A stretch of 64,000 nt of DNA from Candidatus Levybacteria bacterium RIFCSPLOWO2_01_FULL_42_15. GTDB taxonomy: Bacteria > Patescibacteriota > Microgenomatia > Levybacterales > UBA12049. The stretch spans positions 18,593 to 82,592 of the forward strand of contig MFOZ01000019.1 in assembly GCA_001784055.1 (NCBI GenBank). Direction: 5' to 3'. Numbering within the stretch: position 1 is the stretch's first letter; every line of letters begins with the position of its first letter. The notes under the pieces were generated by a model, which searched no databases, was not told the DNA's origin, and worked only from the letters and a program-made list of their open reading frames with translations. The position numbers and the translations under genes are program-made. Shown here piece by piece: positions 36,122 to 45,662 of this stretch.

Positions 36122-37203
36122 AAGTTGTTGTATTTGCAGGTGGAGTCGGAACAAGGCTGTGGCCGCTATCAAGGAAAAACACTCCAAAACAATTTGAAAA
36201 AATTATTGGTGATAAATCTACCCTGCAACAAACGATAGATAGACTTAGTTCAGTCGTAGGTACGTCAGATATCTATATTTCTACGGGAAAACACTATGAA
36301 GAAACGGTACGTGGACAGCTTCCCCAAATCCCTCAAGAAAACTTTATTTTCGAGCCCCAAATGCGAGACGTAGGGCCTGCCATTGGCCTTGCGGCATTTC
36401 TTCTTGAAAAACGCTATCCTAATGAACCAATGGCAATATTGTGGAGCGATCACTACGTAAAAAATCTTGAATCTTTTAAGAAGGCGCTTGCTATGGCGCA
36501 GGACATAATTTCCGCAAAAAGGGGAAATTTTGTGTTTTTGGGACAAAAACCTCGATTTGCGAATCAAAATATCGGTTGGATAGAACTGGGAGAAAAAATA
36601 GATGAAAAAGAACAATTGTCTCTCTACGGTTTTAGGCATCTTAAGTATCGTCCTAAGCCTTCCGATGCCGTTTCTTTTTTTCAAAACAGCGGCACGTATA
36701 TATGGAATCTTGGATATTTTGTAACCACCCCCCGCTTTTTGATCCATCAATTCGGGATGTACGTGCCCGAAATGTACGCAAGTCTTCGTAAAATCCAGAG
36801 CGGGTGGGGGACAGAATCTTTTGAGAAAATACTTGGGGAAATATATCCTACCCTGGAGAAGATAAGCTTTGATGACGCAATTCTTGAGAAGCTGACATCT
36901 GAGGGCGTTTTTGTAGTAGCGGCTGACTTGCAGTGGAGCGATGTAGGAGCGTGGGAAGCCCTCAAGGAAGCTTTGAGTCAAACAGATGATGAAAATGTAA
37001 CTCGGGGCAAGGTAATGCTTGAGGACAGCAGGGATAGCCTTGCGTTTAATTATACAAATCAGCTATGCGTAGGGATTGACTTGAGCCAAATGCTTATAGT
37101 TTCAACAGAGGATGTCATATTGGTATGTCCTAAAACATCAGTTCCCAAGATTAAAAAATTAGTAGAGAAGCTGTCAGGAACTCCGAATGAGCACCTCACA
37201 TAA
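36118..37203 (+). CDS. manC: Mannose-1-phosphate guanylyltransferase
   Basis: AGGVGTRLWPLSR..PKQF, EP..RD, SDH, WN, WSDVGAW. Confidence 0.85.
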   Translation: MKVVVFAGGVGTRLWPLSRKNTPKQFEKIIGDKSTLQQTIDRLSSVVGTSDIYISTGKHYEETVRGQLPQIPQENFIFEPQMRDVGPAIGLAAFLLEKRYPNEPMAILWSDHYVKNLESFKKALAMAQDIISAKRGNFVFLGQKPRFANQNIGWIELGEKIDEKEQLSLYGFRHLKYRPKPSDAVSFFQNSGTYIWNLGYFVTTPRFLIHQFGMYVPEMYASLRKIQSGWGTESFEKILGEIYPTLEKISFDDAILEKLTSEGVFVVAADLQWSDVGAWEALKEALSQTDDENVTRGKVMLEDSRDSLAFNYTNQLCVGIDLSQMLIVSTEDVILVCPKTSVPKIKKLVEKLSGTPNEHLT

Positions 37204-37870
37204 CGCGCAATACAAAGAGGTTGAAAAGAGTACGCTTTATGAATACACAAAGCGATGTATTGACGTTGTTTTTTCTGTGACCCTTTTTATCTTGTTTTCC
37301 CCTATTCTCTGTATTCTTGCCATTGTCGTAAAGCTTGATTCAAAAGGGCCTGTTCTTGCCGATACTCCTGAAAGAGTTGGAAAAAGCGGAAAGTTGTTCA
37401 AAATGCATAAACTGCGCTCTATGGTTGAGAACGCGCACGAGCTCTTAAGAGAAAGCCCACAATTCCAAAAGTTATTTGAGACCTATAAAAAAGAAAGCTA
37501 TAAGTTGCGAAACGATCCTCGAATAACAGGAGTGGGTGGCTTTATCCGCAAGCATTCATTGGATGAGGTTCCGCAGCTCATAAATGTAATAAAAGGAGAA
37601 ATGAGCTTGGTTGGCCCCCGTGCATATTATCCCGATGAGCTTGTGGATCAACAAAGGAAATATCCGTACACAAAGCAAGCAGTAAAGATAGTGCTCTCGA
37701 TACGGCCTGGAATCACGGGTTTTTGGCAGGTTTCCGGAAGAAGCGAGGTAAATTTTGACAAGCGTATTCAGATGGATGCGAATTACGTAAAAAGACGTTC
37801 TATTCTTTATGACTTATGGATTATCGCAAAAACGCCTTGGGCAATGATTTCAGGCAAAGGCGCCCTGTAA
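37187..37870 (+). CDS. Priming sugar (phosphoglycosyl) transferase
   Basis: [48 protein letters not shown]. Confidence 0.92.
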   Translation: MSTSHNAQYKEVEKSTLYEYTKRCIDVVFSVTLFILFSPILCILAIVVKLDSKGPVLADTPERVGKSGKLFKMHKLRSMVENAHELLRESPQFQKLFETYKKESYKLRNDPRITGVGGFIRKHSLDEVPQLINVIKGEMSLVGPRAYYPDELVDQQRKYPYTKQAVKIVLSIRPGITGFWQVSGRSEVNFDKRIQMDANYVKRRSILYDLWIIAKTPWAMISGKGAL

Positions 37871-37890
37871 ACCTTTAAAGGTTGAACCTT
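37870..37890. repeat. Overlapping palindromes at end of glycan locus
   Basis: AACCTTTAAAGGTT (perfect 14 bp) overlapping AAGGTTGAACCTT. Confidence 0.5.
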
Positions 37891-37945
37891 GCAAGAGGTA
37901 ATGGTGTTTGACTTTTATTGCTTATTGCCGATATGATAGTATGAT

Positions 37946-39937
37946 ATGGAAGAATTGCGTAAAATTGATTTAGAGAAAGAGTACGCGCCTGTTGCAAATA
38001 AACAACCGGTTCCTCGTCAGCCAATAGCTCTTCGAAATAACCTGCCAATACCCGTGAAAAAGTCAAAAAGAAGAACAGTTATACTCCTCATTTCTGCTTT
38101 TCTTATGGGATTTTTGATCATCGGCATTGGGCTTTCTGCTCAAAAAACATATTCTTCCGCACTTGCGACCTATAAGCAGGCAAAGCTTGCATGGAGTGCA
38201 ATCAAAAATCAAGATGTGGAACTTGCCGCGGGAGAACTTGCAAAAACAAAACAAGAGTTAGAAAAAACTCAAAAAAATCTTCAATCTTTTTCTTACGCCC
38301 GTTTTATCCCTCTTGTGGGAATCTACTACAGCGATGCGGATCATTTGATAAAAGCGGGGCTTCATGGTATTAATGCGGCAACAATCATAATTGATGCGGT
38401 TGCGCCTTATGTAGATGTCTTAGGGTTAAAAGGGAAAGGAAGTTTTGTCATGGGCCCTGCGGAAGAAAGGATTAAAACGGCGGTTCTTACCATGGGCAAA
38501 ATAACTCCTCGTGTTGATGAGCTGACAGATACTTTAATTTTGGCCCAACAGGAGGTTGATAAGGTTAATCCAAACAGGTATCCGGGCATATGGGGAATCA
38601 CAAAAATAAAAAAACAACTGACCACACTTCGTGAATCAGTGGATAGCGCGGTAGCATTCGCAGATGAAGCGCGTCCCTTAGTAAAAGTGCTTCCGTCTCT
38701 TTTAGGAGAATCGGAAGAAAAGAAATACCTCGTGCTCTTTCAAAATGATAAAGAGCTGCGGCCCACCGGAGGATTTATAACCGCATATGGCGTTTTTTCT
38801 GCGGACAAAGGAGTGATTCGGGCACAAGACTCAAGCGACATTTATAATCTTGATAATAGTATTCGCTCCAAACCAAAAGCACCGGAGCCCATTCTTAAAT
38901 ATCTTCCAAACGTGAATGTATGGCATTTGAGAGACACCAACCTCTCTCCCGATTTTGTGGAATCCATGCTTGCGTTTAACTCGTTATATAAAAAGGCTCC
39001 GGGTAACGTTGATGTAGATGGAATTATTGCCTTGGATACCCAAGTATTAGTTTCAACTATTAAGATTCTTGATGATGAGGTAGTGGCGGGAGGAATTACA
39101 TTTACCAGCAAAAATGATTCTCGTTGTGACTGTCCCCAGGTTATTTATGAGCTGGAAAGGCTTATTTCTACCCCCAAAAGCCTAGATTTGCGCGTAACTT
39201 CGCTTGTCCAAGTTCAAGCTCAGCGTAAAGACTTCTTGGGTGTTCTTCTTGATGCCATTATGCAAAAAGCTCTTAAATCTTCCCCAAAGTTATATTGGGG
39301 ACCATTGGTTCAGTCATTTATAACCCAAACGCATGAGAAGCACATACTCTTTTATCTATATGACAAGGAGGCCCAAAGGGGAGTGGAGGCGCTCAATGCG
39401 GCAGGAAGGATTAAGTTATTTGAAGGAGATTACCTGCACATAAACGACGCAAACTTTGGAGGAGCAAAGTCAAATTTATATGTTGAACAATCAGTTGATC
39501 AAAACATTGAGGCTTCAAACGATGGAGTGATTAAAAAGACCGTTACTATTAAGTATAAGAATCCGCGCTCTCCCTCCGATTGTAATCTGGAGCGCGGAAG
39601 ACTTTGTCTCAATGCAGTATTAAGAGATTGGGTGCGCGTATACGTTCCTAAAGGAAGCAGGCTTTTGGATAGCAAAGGGTCAGAAGTAAAAGTGACAAGC
39701 TACGAAGAGCTGAATAAAACCGTATTTGAAGGGTTTCTGACCGTCCGGCCGCTTGGCTTGGCAACGTATACGCTTACCTATCAACTTCCCTTTAAGGTGA
39801 AAAAGAACTCCCATCTTCCTCTTCTTGTTCAAAAACAGCCGGGGACTAATGCGAATCAATATACAATTAACGTAAACGAAAAAAAGGTAGAACAGTTTCC
39901 GCTTACAACAGACAGAGAGCTAAAACTTCAGTTATAA
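37946..39937 (+). CDS. DUF4012-like membrane-anchored protein
   Basis: N-terminal TM, coiled coil, YLVLFQNDKELRPTGGF, RDTNLSPDF, KSN, QKQPG. Confidence 0.75.
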   Translation: MEELRKIDLEKEYAPVANKQPVPRQPIALRNNLPIPVKKSKRRTVILLISAFLMGFLIIGIGLSAQKTYSSALATYKQAKLAWSAIKNQDVELAAGELAKTKQELEKTQKNLQSFSYARFIPLVGIYYSDADHLIKAGLHGINAATIIIDAVAPYVDVLGLKGKGSFVMGPAEERIKTAVLTMGKITPRVDELTDTLILAQQEVDKVNPNRYPGIWGITKIKKQLTTLRESVDSAVAFADEARPLVKVLPSLLGESEEKKYLVLFQNDKELRPTGGFITAYGVFSADKGVIRAQDSSDIYNLDNSIRSKPKAPEPILKYLPNVNVWHLRDTNLSPDFVESMLAFNSLYKKAPGNVDVDGIIALDTQVLVSTIKILDDEVVAGGITFTSKNDSRCDCPQVIYELERLISTPKSLDLRVTSLVQVQAQRKDFLGVLLDAIMQKALKSSPKLYWGPLVQSFITQTHEKHILFYLYDKEAQRGVEALNAAGRIKLFEGDYLHINDANFGGAKSNLYVEQSVDQNIEASNDGVIKKTVTIKYKNPRSPSDCNLERGRLCLNAVLRDWVRVYVPKGSRLLDSKGSEVKVTSYEELNKTVFEGFLTVRPLGLATYTLTYQLPFKVKKNSHLPLLVQKQPGTNANQYTINVNEKKVEQFPLTTDRELKLQL

Positions 39938-39945
39938 ATCTTCTT

Positions 39946-40482
39946 ATGAGAAGCTATACTGCCGAAGGGATTATAATCAGGCGAAGAAATATAGGGGAAG
40001 GGGACCGAATATTAACCGTGCTCACAAAAAAAAACGGGAAAATCCACATAAAAGCGGTTGGGGTAAGAAAGATAACGAGCAGACGTTCTCCTCATATTGA
40101 ACCTCTCAATCACGGCATATTTACTCTCTATAAACCTCCTAGGGGATATGCGATTCTTACAGAGGCAAATACGGTGAATACCTTTTCTCTCATAAAAAGC
40201 GATCTGAAACGAATTGGATACGCGTATCATCTTTGCGAGCTTATTGACAGCCTATGCGCGGAGAATTTCGAACAAGCGAATGTGTTTCTGCTTTTTAAGA
40301 ATGCGCTTACTCAATTGTCAACAGCCACAGATCTAAGCTTTATTTCGGTTTTTGAGAGAGAACTTTTGGTGCAATTAGGTTTTTATCCGCGTGAATCTCC
40401 GTTTGCTGACACGCAGTCTTTTATAGAAAGTATTTTAGAGAGGCGATTAAAAACAAAAAGATTTCTTCACCGATTTGCATGA
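39946..40482 (+). CDS. recO: DNA repair protein RecO
   Basis: EGIIIRRRNIGEGDRILTVLT..GK..AVGVRK..SRR. Confidence 0.88.
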   Translation: MRSYTAEGIIIRRRNIGEGDRILTVLTKKNGKIHIKAVGVRKITSRRSPHIEPLNHGIFTLYKPPRGYAILTEANTVNTFSLIKSDLKRIGYAYHLCELIDSLCAENFEQANVFLLFKNALTQLSTATDLSFISVFERELLVQLGFYPRESPFADTQSFIESILERRLKTKRFLHRFA

Positions 40483-40507
40483 GGAAAAAAAGTGTTATGA
40501 TACCGCT

Positions 40508-41893
40508 ATGGAAGAAAGCCTGCTAAATAATGTAATTGCTCTTTGTAAACGCAGGGGTTTCATGTTTGCCGGATCGGAAATTTATGGAGGTCTTGCAAAT
40601 ACCTACGATTTTGGGCCCTTAGGAGTTGAGATAAAAAACAATATTAAAAAGCTGTGGTGGAAACGTTTTGTTCAAAAAAGAAAGGACATATTCGGATTAG
40701 ATGGAGGAATTCTTCTCAATCGAAAAATTTGGGAAGCATCGGGACACACCGCCTCATTCCTTGACTATTTAGTTGAATGCAAGACGTGCCACAAACGGTT
40801 TCGAGTTGATCATATTGAGGGATTTCAACTCCAAAAAGACGGTACCGCAGAGTGTCAAAGTCTTCCTTCTTGTCCTTCCGGGGAAAAACATACACTGAAT
40901 GTTGAAATATTTCAGAAGAAAGAGGACGGGACCAGTATTATAAAACCGCGCAGGTTTAACGGGATGTTCAGAACCTATATAGGCGCAACAGAAGATTCGG
41001 ATGCGCTTGCCTATCTTCGTCCGGAAACAGCTCAAGCAATATTTACCAATTTTAAGAATGTAGTAAATGCTTTTTCTCCCTCCTTCCCTTTTGGTATTGC
41101 CCAAATTGGAAAAGCGTTTAGAAACGAGATTACCACGGGTTATTTTATTTTTAGAACGCTTGAGTTTGAACAGATGGAGATTGAGTATTTTATTAAGAAA
41201 GAGAATTGGGAAAATGTGTTCAAGATTTGGCAGGATGAAATGATGGATTGGGCAGTATTTGTGGGTATTGATAAAAGCAAATTGCGTTTTAGAGAGCATG
41301 ATGAACAGGAACGGTCCCACTACTCTAAGCGGACTGTTGATCTTGAATATCAGTTTCCAACCGGGTTTAAAGAAATGTATGGTCTTGCGTACCGCGGAGA
41401 CTTTGATTTGTCAAACCACTCAAAACATTCGGGCGTTGCATTATTATTCAAAGATAAAGAAACGAATGAAGAGTTTTTTCCTCATGTGGTTGAGCCCTCT
41501 TTTGGGGTGGAAAGAACACTTCTTCCTCTTCTTCTGGATGCGTATGCGCAGGAAGAGAAGCGAATTGTTATGCGGTTTGTTCCCCATATTGCTCCAGTAA
41601 AGGTTGCGGTATTTCCTCTTCTTGCAAACAAGGATGATCTTGTTGCGCTTGCTCATCAAACGTATGAGAATCTTAAGAAATCAATAGATGGGTTGATCAT
41701 GTTTGATGATCGAGGAAACATTGGGAAGCGGTATTTTTCCCAAGACGAGATAGGTACTCCTTTTTGCGTGACGGTTGACTTTCAGTCTTTGGAAGATAAT
41801 ACGGTAACCGTTAGAGATAGAGACACTACAAAACAAGAAAGAATATCCATAGGTAAACTTTCTGATTTTTTGATAAACAAGCTTTCTTCATGA
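40508..41893 (+). CDS. glyS: Glycine--tRNA ligase, alpha2 (homodimeric) type
   Basis: KRRGF..SEIYGG, YLRPETAQ, GKAFRNEIT, EFEQME, EPSFG, DEIGTP. Confidence 0.95.
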   Translation: MEESLLNNVIALCKRRGFMFAGSEIYGGLANTYDFGPLGVEIKNNIKKLWWKRFVQKRKDIFGLDGGILLNRKIWEASGHTASFLDYLVECKTCHKRFRVDHIEGFQLQKDGTAECQSLPSCPSGEKHTLNVEIFQKKEDGTSIIKPRRFNGMFRTYIGATEDSDALAYLRPETAQAIFTNFKNVVNAFSPSFPFGIAQIGKAFRNEITTGYFIFRTLEFEQMEIEYFIKKENWENVFKIWQDEMMDWAVFVGIDKSKLRFREHDEQERSHYSKRTVDLEYQFPTGFKEMYGLAYRGDFDLSNHSKHSGVALLFKDKETNEEFFPHVVEPSFGVERTLLPLLLDAYAQEEKRIVMRFVPHIAPVKVAVFPLLANKDDLVALAHQTYENLKKSIDGLIMFDDRGNIGKRYFSQDEIGTPFCVTVDFQSLEDNTVTVRDRDTTKQERISIGKLSDFLINKLSS

Positions 41894-43359
41894 GCAGGGA
41901 AATCCCTACTGCTGCCCCTACACACGAAAAACCTTACGATAATTGTTCGGTAGTGGGTGTATACTCTCATTCGACAGATGTAGTAGATACTGCGTATCAA
42001 GGTCTTGTTGAATCAAATCATAGAGGGCAAGAAGGATCAGGCATTGTCGTTGGGAGTAAAAGCAGATTTGCCATACAAAAAGATAGTGGACTTGCAGAGA
42101 TAGTATTTGGGGTCAAGCATAGTTTGCCTCGCGTAAAAAGGGCGTATGTGGCCATAGGGCATAATCGGTATTCCACATCTGGGTCTATTGCCGAGACACA
42201 ACCGTTTCTTGAAGATGGAATCGCAATCGCCCACAATGGAAATCTTACCAATATAACGACATTGAGAGAAAAATATAACTTGCCAGAAACAATAGAAGGT
42301 GCGTCAAGCGATACTCGAATGGCACTTGCGGTTATAAACCGAATGGAAGGAGACGAAATACACCGTATCGTTACGGCTCTTCCACAATTTGAAGGAGCGT
42401 ATAGTTTTGTGTTTGCTACCAAAAAAGGACTCGTTGCCGCAAGAGATCCTAAAGGATTTCGTCCGCTCTCGTTGGGTAAACTTAAAGGAGGAGATGGTTA
42501 TGTGGTTGCTTCGGAGACAAGCGCCTTTAATTCCATGGGAGCAGAGTTTGTGCGCGATGTGATGCCGGGAGAAACGCTTCTGATATCAAAAGAAGGTCTG
42601 CAAACCCTTGCGCTTCATAAAGAGTCACAACTTGCTCAATGTATCTTTGAGCTTATCTATATTGCTCGGCCCGATAGTGTAGTATTTGGGATTCCTGTCA
42701 TGGAGTTTCGGAAACGACAAGGGGCGATTTTGGCTCGTCATCTTCCCCCAAATATTGACGTCATTATGCCGGTTCCCCGATCAGGAATTTCCGCATCCTT
42801 AGGAGTAGCGGCTGATCATGTTTCAAGAGGGAGTACAATAGAATACTCAGAAGGATTATATACAAACCCTTATAGAGGAAAAAGAGATGGGCCGCGAACA
42901 TTTATTCGACCATCAGACAGAAGGATAGCGGCAACCAAAAAATATAGCGTAATTGAGTCCGAAGTGAGAGGGAAAAGAATAGCTCTTGTGGATGATTCTA
43001 TTGTAAGAGGATCCATAGAAATAATTGTACAAAAATTACGGGATGCTGGCGCGATAGAAGTACATTTACTTGTTGCATCTCCTCCTCTCAAGCACGCGTG
43101 CTATATGGGAGTTGACTTTGGGGATAACGAGTTAATAGCAAATCAATATCCAAATCAAGAGGAAAGAGCAAGGAAGCTTGGCCTTGACAGCTTATACCAC
43201 TTAAGTTATGCTGAATTGATGGAGGCTGCACTGGGAAATCCGGTTTCAAAACGCATTCAAAATCCTGCAACGCTTTTTGAGGAACACGGATACTGCGGAG
43301 CTTGTTTTACCGGAAGATACCCCATTTCTATAGAAGGAGTAATTAAGAAAATATCGTGA
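41890..43359 (+). CDS. purF: Amidophosphoribosyltransferase
   Basis: Propeptide then C, HRGQE, GHNRYST, HNGNL, RDPKGFRPL, CIFELIYIARPDS, VDDSIVRG, CYMG, CGACF. Confidence 0.9.
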   Translation: MSREIPTAAPTHEKPYDNCSVVGVYSHSTDVVDTAYQGLVESNHRGQEGSGIVVGSKSRFAIQKDSGLAEIVFGVKHSLPRVKRAYVAIGHNRYSTSGSIAETQPFLEDGIAIAHNGNLTNITTLREKYNLPETIEGASSDTRMALAVINRMEGDEIHRIVTALPQFEGAYSFVFATKKGLVAARDPKGFRPLSLGKLKGGDGYVVASETSAFNSMGAEFVRDVMPGETLLISKEGLQTLALHKESQLAQCIFELIYIARPDSVVFGIPVMEFRKRQGAILARHLPPNIDVIMPVPRSGISASLGVAADHVSRGSTIEYSEGLYTNPYRGKRDGPRTFIRPSDRRIAATKKYSVIESEVRGKRIALVDDSIVRGSIEIIVQKLRDAGAIEVHLLVASPPLKHACYMGVDFGDNELIANQYPNQEERARKLGLDSLYHLSYAELMEAALGNPVSKRIQNPATLFEEHGYCGACFTGRYPISIEGVIKKIS

Positions 43360-43829
43360 AAAACCCCTATCTTGTTGCGTTTGGCATTATTTTGATTATT
43401 GTAATTCCCTTTGGGGTCTTTTTTGCCATCAATAGGACCCAAAAATCTCCATTGCCTAATTCGTCCTCTCAATCTTCCGAAGATACACAAGAAGAAATCC
43501 TCCCTCTTAATCCCGATGAGCTCAATTTGATTTTTGAGGCACGGCGAGATAAAAAAGCGGTGAAGTTTAGCATAGGAAACACAAAGGGAATCACTTCTAT
43601 TGAGTATGAGATAAGTTACCTTGCGGATGGGGAAATTCCAAGAGGAGCTATTGGACAAATTGAGGTAAACCCATCGGAAAGATCGGTTGCAACTAATTAT
43701 ATAGATTTAGGAACGTGTTCTTCAGGAAGGTGCAAATATGATGAAGGGGTTACTTCGGTTAAGCTCATTCTTAAAATTATAAAAACCGACGGAAAAATCT
43801 ATTCAGCGGAAAAAGAACTAGAGCTTTAA
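43356..43829 (+). CDS. Membrane-anchored hypothetical protein
   Basis: Single N-terminal TM; GTCSSGRCKYD cysteine pair. Confidence 0.7.
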   Translation: MKNPYLVAFGIILIIVIPFGVFFAINRTQKSPLPNSSSQSSEDTQEEILPLNPDELNLIFEARRDKKAVKFSIGNTKGITSIEYEISYLADGEIPRGAIGQIEVNPSERSVATNYIDLGTCSSGRCKYDEGVTSVKLILKIIKTDGKIYSAEKELEL

Positions 43830-43914
43830 TTCTTCATTCATTCCTCTCGTTCTCCATTTAGTGCTTTTTTCACATTGAATACGCTATCTAGGTTTCTTTG
43901 TGGCTTTTTGGGGC

Positions 43915-43943
43915 TTGACAATGTATGGCAAACTGTTCAAAAT
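43915..43943 (+). promoter_or_regulatory. Sigma70-type promoter of the dcw operon
   Basis: TTGACA (43915-43920), 17-bp spacer, CAAAAT (43938-43943). Confidence 0.6.
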
Positions 43944-43950
43944 GGATTTA

Positions 43951-43980
43951 AGTGGGATAAAGTGGGATAAAGTGGAACAA
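43951..43980 (+). promoter_or_regulatory. MraZ operator: three GTGG(G) boxes with 10-bp period
   Basis: AGTGGGATAA AGTGGGATAA AGTGGAACAA immediately upstream of mraZ. Confidence 0.85.
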
Positions 43981-43996
43981 AAAGAAAGGCAGGGAT

Positions 43997-44443
43997 ATGA
44001 TGCTTCTTGGACAGTACGAAGCAAAATTAGGAGCAAAAAATAGAATAGCGTTCCCAAAAAAACTAAGAGCAATATTGGGAGACAAGCTTATCATCACGAA
44101 AGGATATGAAAACTCGCTCATTATTGTTTCCGAGAAAGGGTGGAAAGCACTTCTTGAAGGAACAGAGGGAAGGCCGTTTATCCATTCAGAAACCAGAGAT
44201 ACGCAACGATTCATCCTTGGAGGAGCAAGCTTCATGGAGCTTGATAGTAAAGGAAGGTTTATATTGCCTTTATACTTACGAAGCTTTGCAAGAATTAAAG
44301 AGGAAACGATATTCCTAGGCCTATCTCGCTACGTGGAAATGTGGGATAGAGATGTTTGGCTTGAATACACAAAGAACCTTGATAAGCATATTGGATTAAT
44401 TTCAGAGCGGCTGCTTAAGGGAACTGAAGAGAAAAGTGAATAG
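43997..44443 (+). CDS. mraZ: Transcriptional regulator MraZ
   Basis: GQYE..L..KNRI.FP, LDSKGRFILP, position before rsmH. Confidence 0.92.
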   Translation: MMLLGQYEAKLGAKNRIAFPKKLRAILGDKLIITKGYENSLIIVSEKGWKALLEGTEGRPFIHSETRDTQRFILGGASFMELDSKGRFILPLYLRSFARIKEETIFLGLSRYVEMWDRDVWLEYTKNLDKHIGLISERLLKGTEEKSE

Positions 44444-45368
44444 CACATTTCATACGCCGGTACTTGTACAAGAGGTACTTTTATTTCTTGCCGTACAGAA
44501 GGATAAAACGTATATTGACGCAACGATAGGGGGAGGAGGACACGGGTTTGAGATTTTAAAACGAGACGGGATAGTTTTGGGGATAGACGTTGATGAAGAA
44601 GCAATTGATTACGTAAAGAAGATATTAAGAGATAAAGATATTAAGATATTGGGAGAGAAATATGACAGTTCACTTAATATCTCACTATCTCAATATCCTG
44701 GTATCACTTTAGTACGAGGAAATTTTAAAGACATAGCAAGGATTGTACAGGGAACAGAATTTGAGAGGGTAGAAGGAATTTTGTTTGACTTGGGAGTATC
44801 GAGCATGCAGTTGGATACTTCCAAAAGGGGATTCAGTTTTCAAAAAGAAGCTCCATTGGACATGCGCATGGATCAAAGGCTGCACGTTAAGGCGATGGAT
44901 CTTCTTAACGGATTAACAAAAAAGGAGTTATATGAATTATTTACTAAGTTTGGTGAAGAGCGTTTTGCTCACGCCATTTCTGGTGGTATTGTCAGCACCC
45001 GTGGAATAAAAAAAATTACCACAACCAAAGAATTGGCAATGTTAGTAGAGAAGATTGCGGGAAGAAGACATGACATCCATCCGGTAACAAAAGTATTTCA
45101 AGCCTTACGAATTGCGGTTAACGATGAGTTGCATAACCTAGAACTTGGCTTAACAGATTCCGTTGAGCTTCTTAACAAAAACGGAAAGCTTGTTGTTATA
45201 TCCTTTCACTCATTAGAGGATAGGATTGTCAAAAGAACATTTTTACGGTTTGAAAAAGAAGGGAGAGGAACGGTAATAACAAAGAAGCCGGTGCGCCCGA
45301 GCCAAAAGGAAGTTTTCTTAAACAGACGAGCAAGAAGCGCACTGCTTAGGGTATTTGCAAAAGCATAA
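44436..45368 (+). CDS. rsmH: 16S rRNA m4C1402 methyltransferase
   Basis: HTPVL, DATIGGGGH, FDLGVSSMQ, PLDMRM, FQALRIAVN, SFHSLEDR. Confidence 0.95.
   Translation: MNSTFHTPVLVQEVLLFLAVQKDKTYIDATIGGGGHGFEILKRDGIVLGIDVDEEAIDYVKKILRDKDIKILGEKYDSSLNISLSQYPGITLVRGNFKDIARIVQGTEFERVEGILFDLGVSSMQLDTSKRGFSFQKEAPLDMRMDQRLHVKAMDLLNGLTKKELYELFTKFGEERFAHAISGGIVSTRGIKKITTTKELAMLVEKIAGRRHDIHPVTKVFQALRIAVNDELHNLELGLTDSVELLNKNGKLVVISFHSLEDRIVKRTFLRFEKEGRGTVITKKPVRPSQKEVFLNRRARSALLRVFAKA
44619..44707. repeat. Head-to-head octamer arrays inside rsmH
   Basis: AAGATATT AAGAGATA AAGATATT AAGATATT ... AATATCTC ACTATCTC AATATCCT GGTATCAC. Confidence 0.75.
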
Positions 45369-45377
45369 AAAACACGC

Positions 45378-45662
45378 ATGAAAATTATATATACGTCTTT
45401 TACTATATTGCTAGTAGTTATTGGCATGTTATCTATTGGTCAGGTTGTTATATCAAACTGGTTATCTACGACAGGTATTACGCTTGGCGCTATTGAGGAT
45501 GAGCTAAAACAATATAAAGAAAAAAATGCGCTTCTTGAAGAGAGGTTTTTGCATGCGTCCTCGCTTACTTCTATTGCATCAACAGCCGCAGAGCTTGGAT
45601 TTGTAGAAAAGAAATCTCGCATTGTTCTTACCGATTCCGTCCCACTTGCCCTTAAACGATAA
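45378..45662 (+). CDS. FtsL-like bitopic cell division protein
   Basis: TM + coiled coil + AAELGF; between rsmH and the PBP gene. Confidence 0.65.
   Translation: MKIIYTSFTILLVVIGMLSIGQVVISNWLSTTGITLGAIEDELKQYKEKNALLEERFLHASSLTSIASTAAELGFVEKKSRIVLTDSVPLALKR

Noticed and set aside
36265-36981. 238-aa antisense ORF within manC (also the 183-aa antisense ORF 40769-41320 in glyS)
   Set aside because: Entirely antisense to well-supported genes, with no recognisable motifs
43951-43980. 10-bp direct repeats as iterons or a novel element
   Set aside because: Fully explained as the known MraZ GTGGG operator boxes upstream of mraZ
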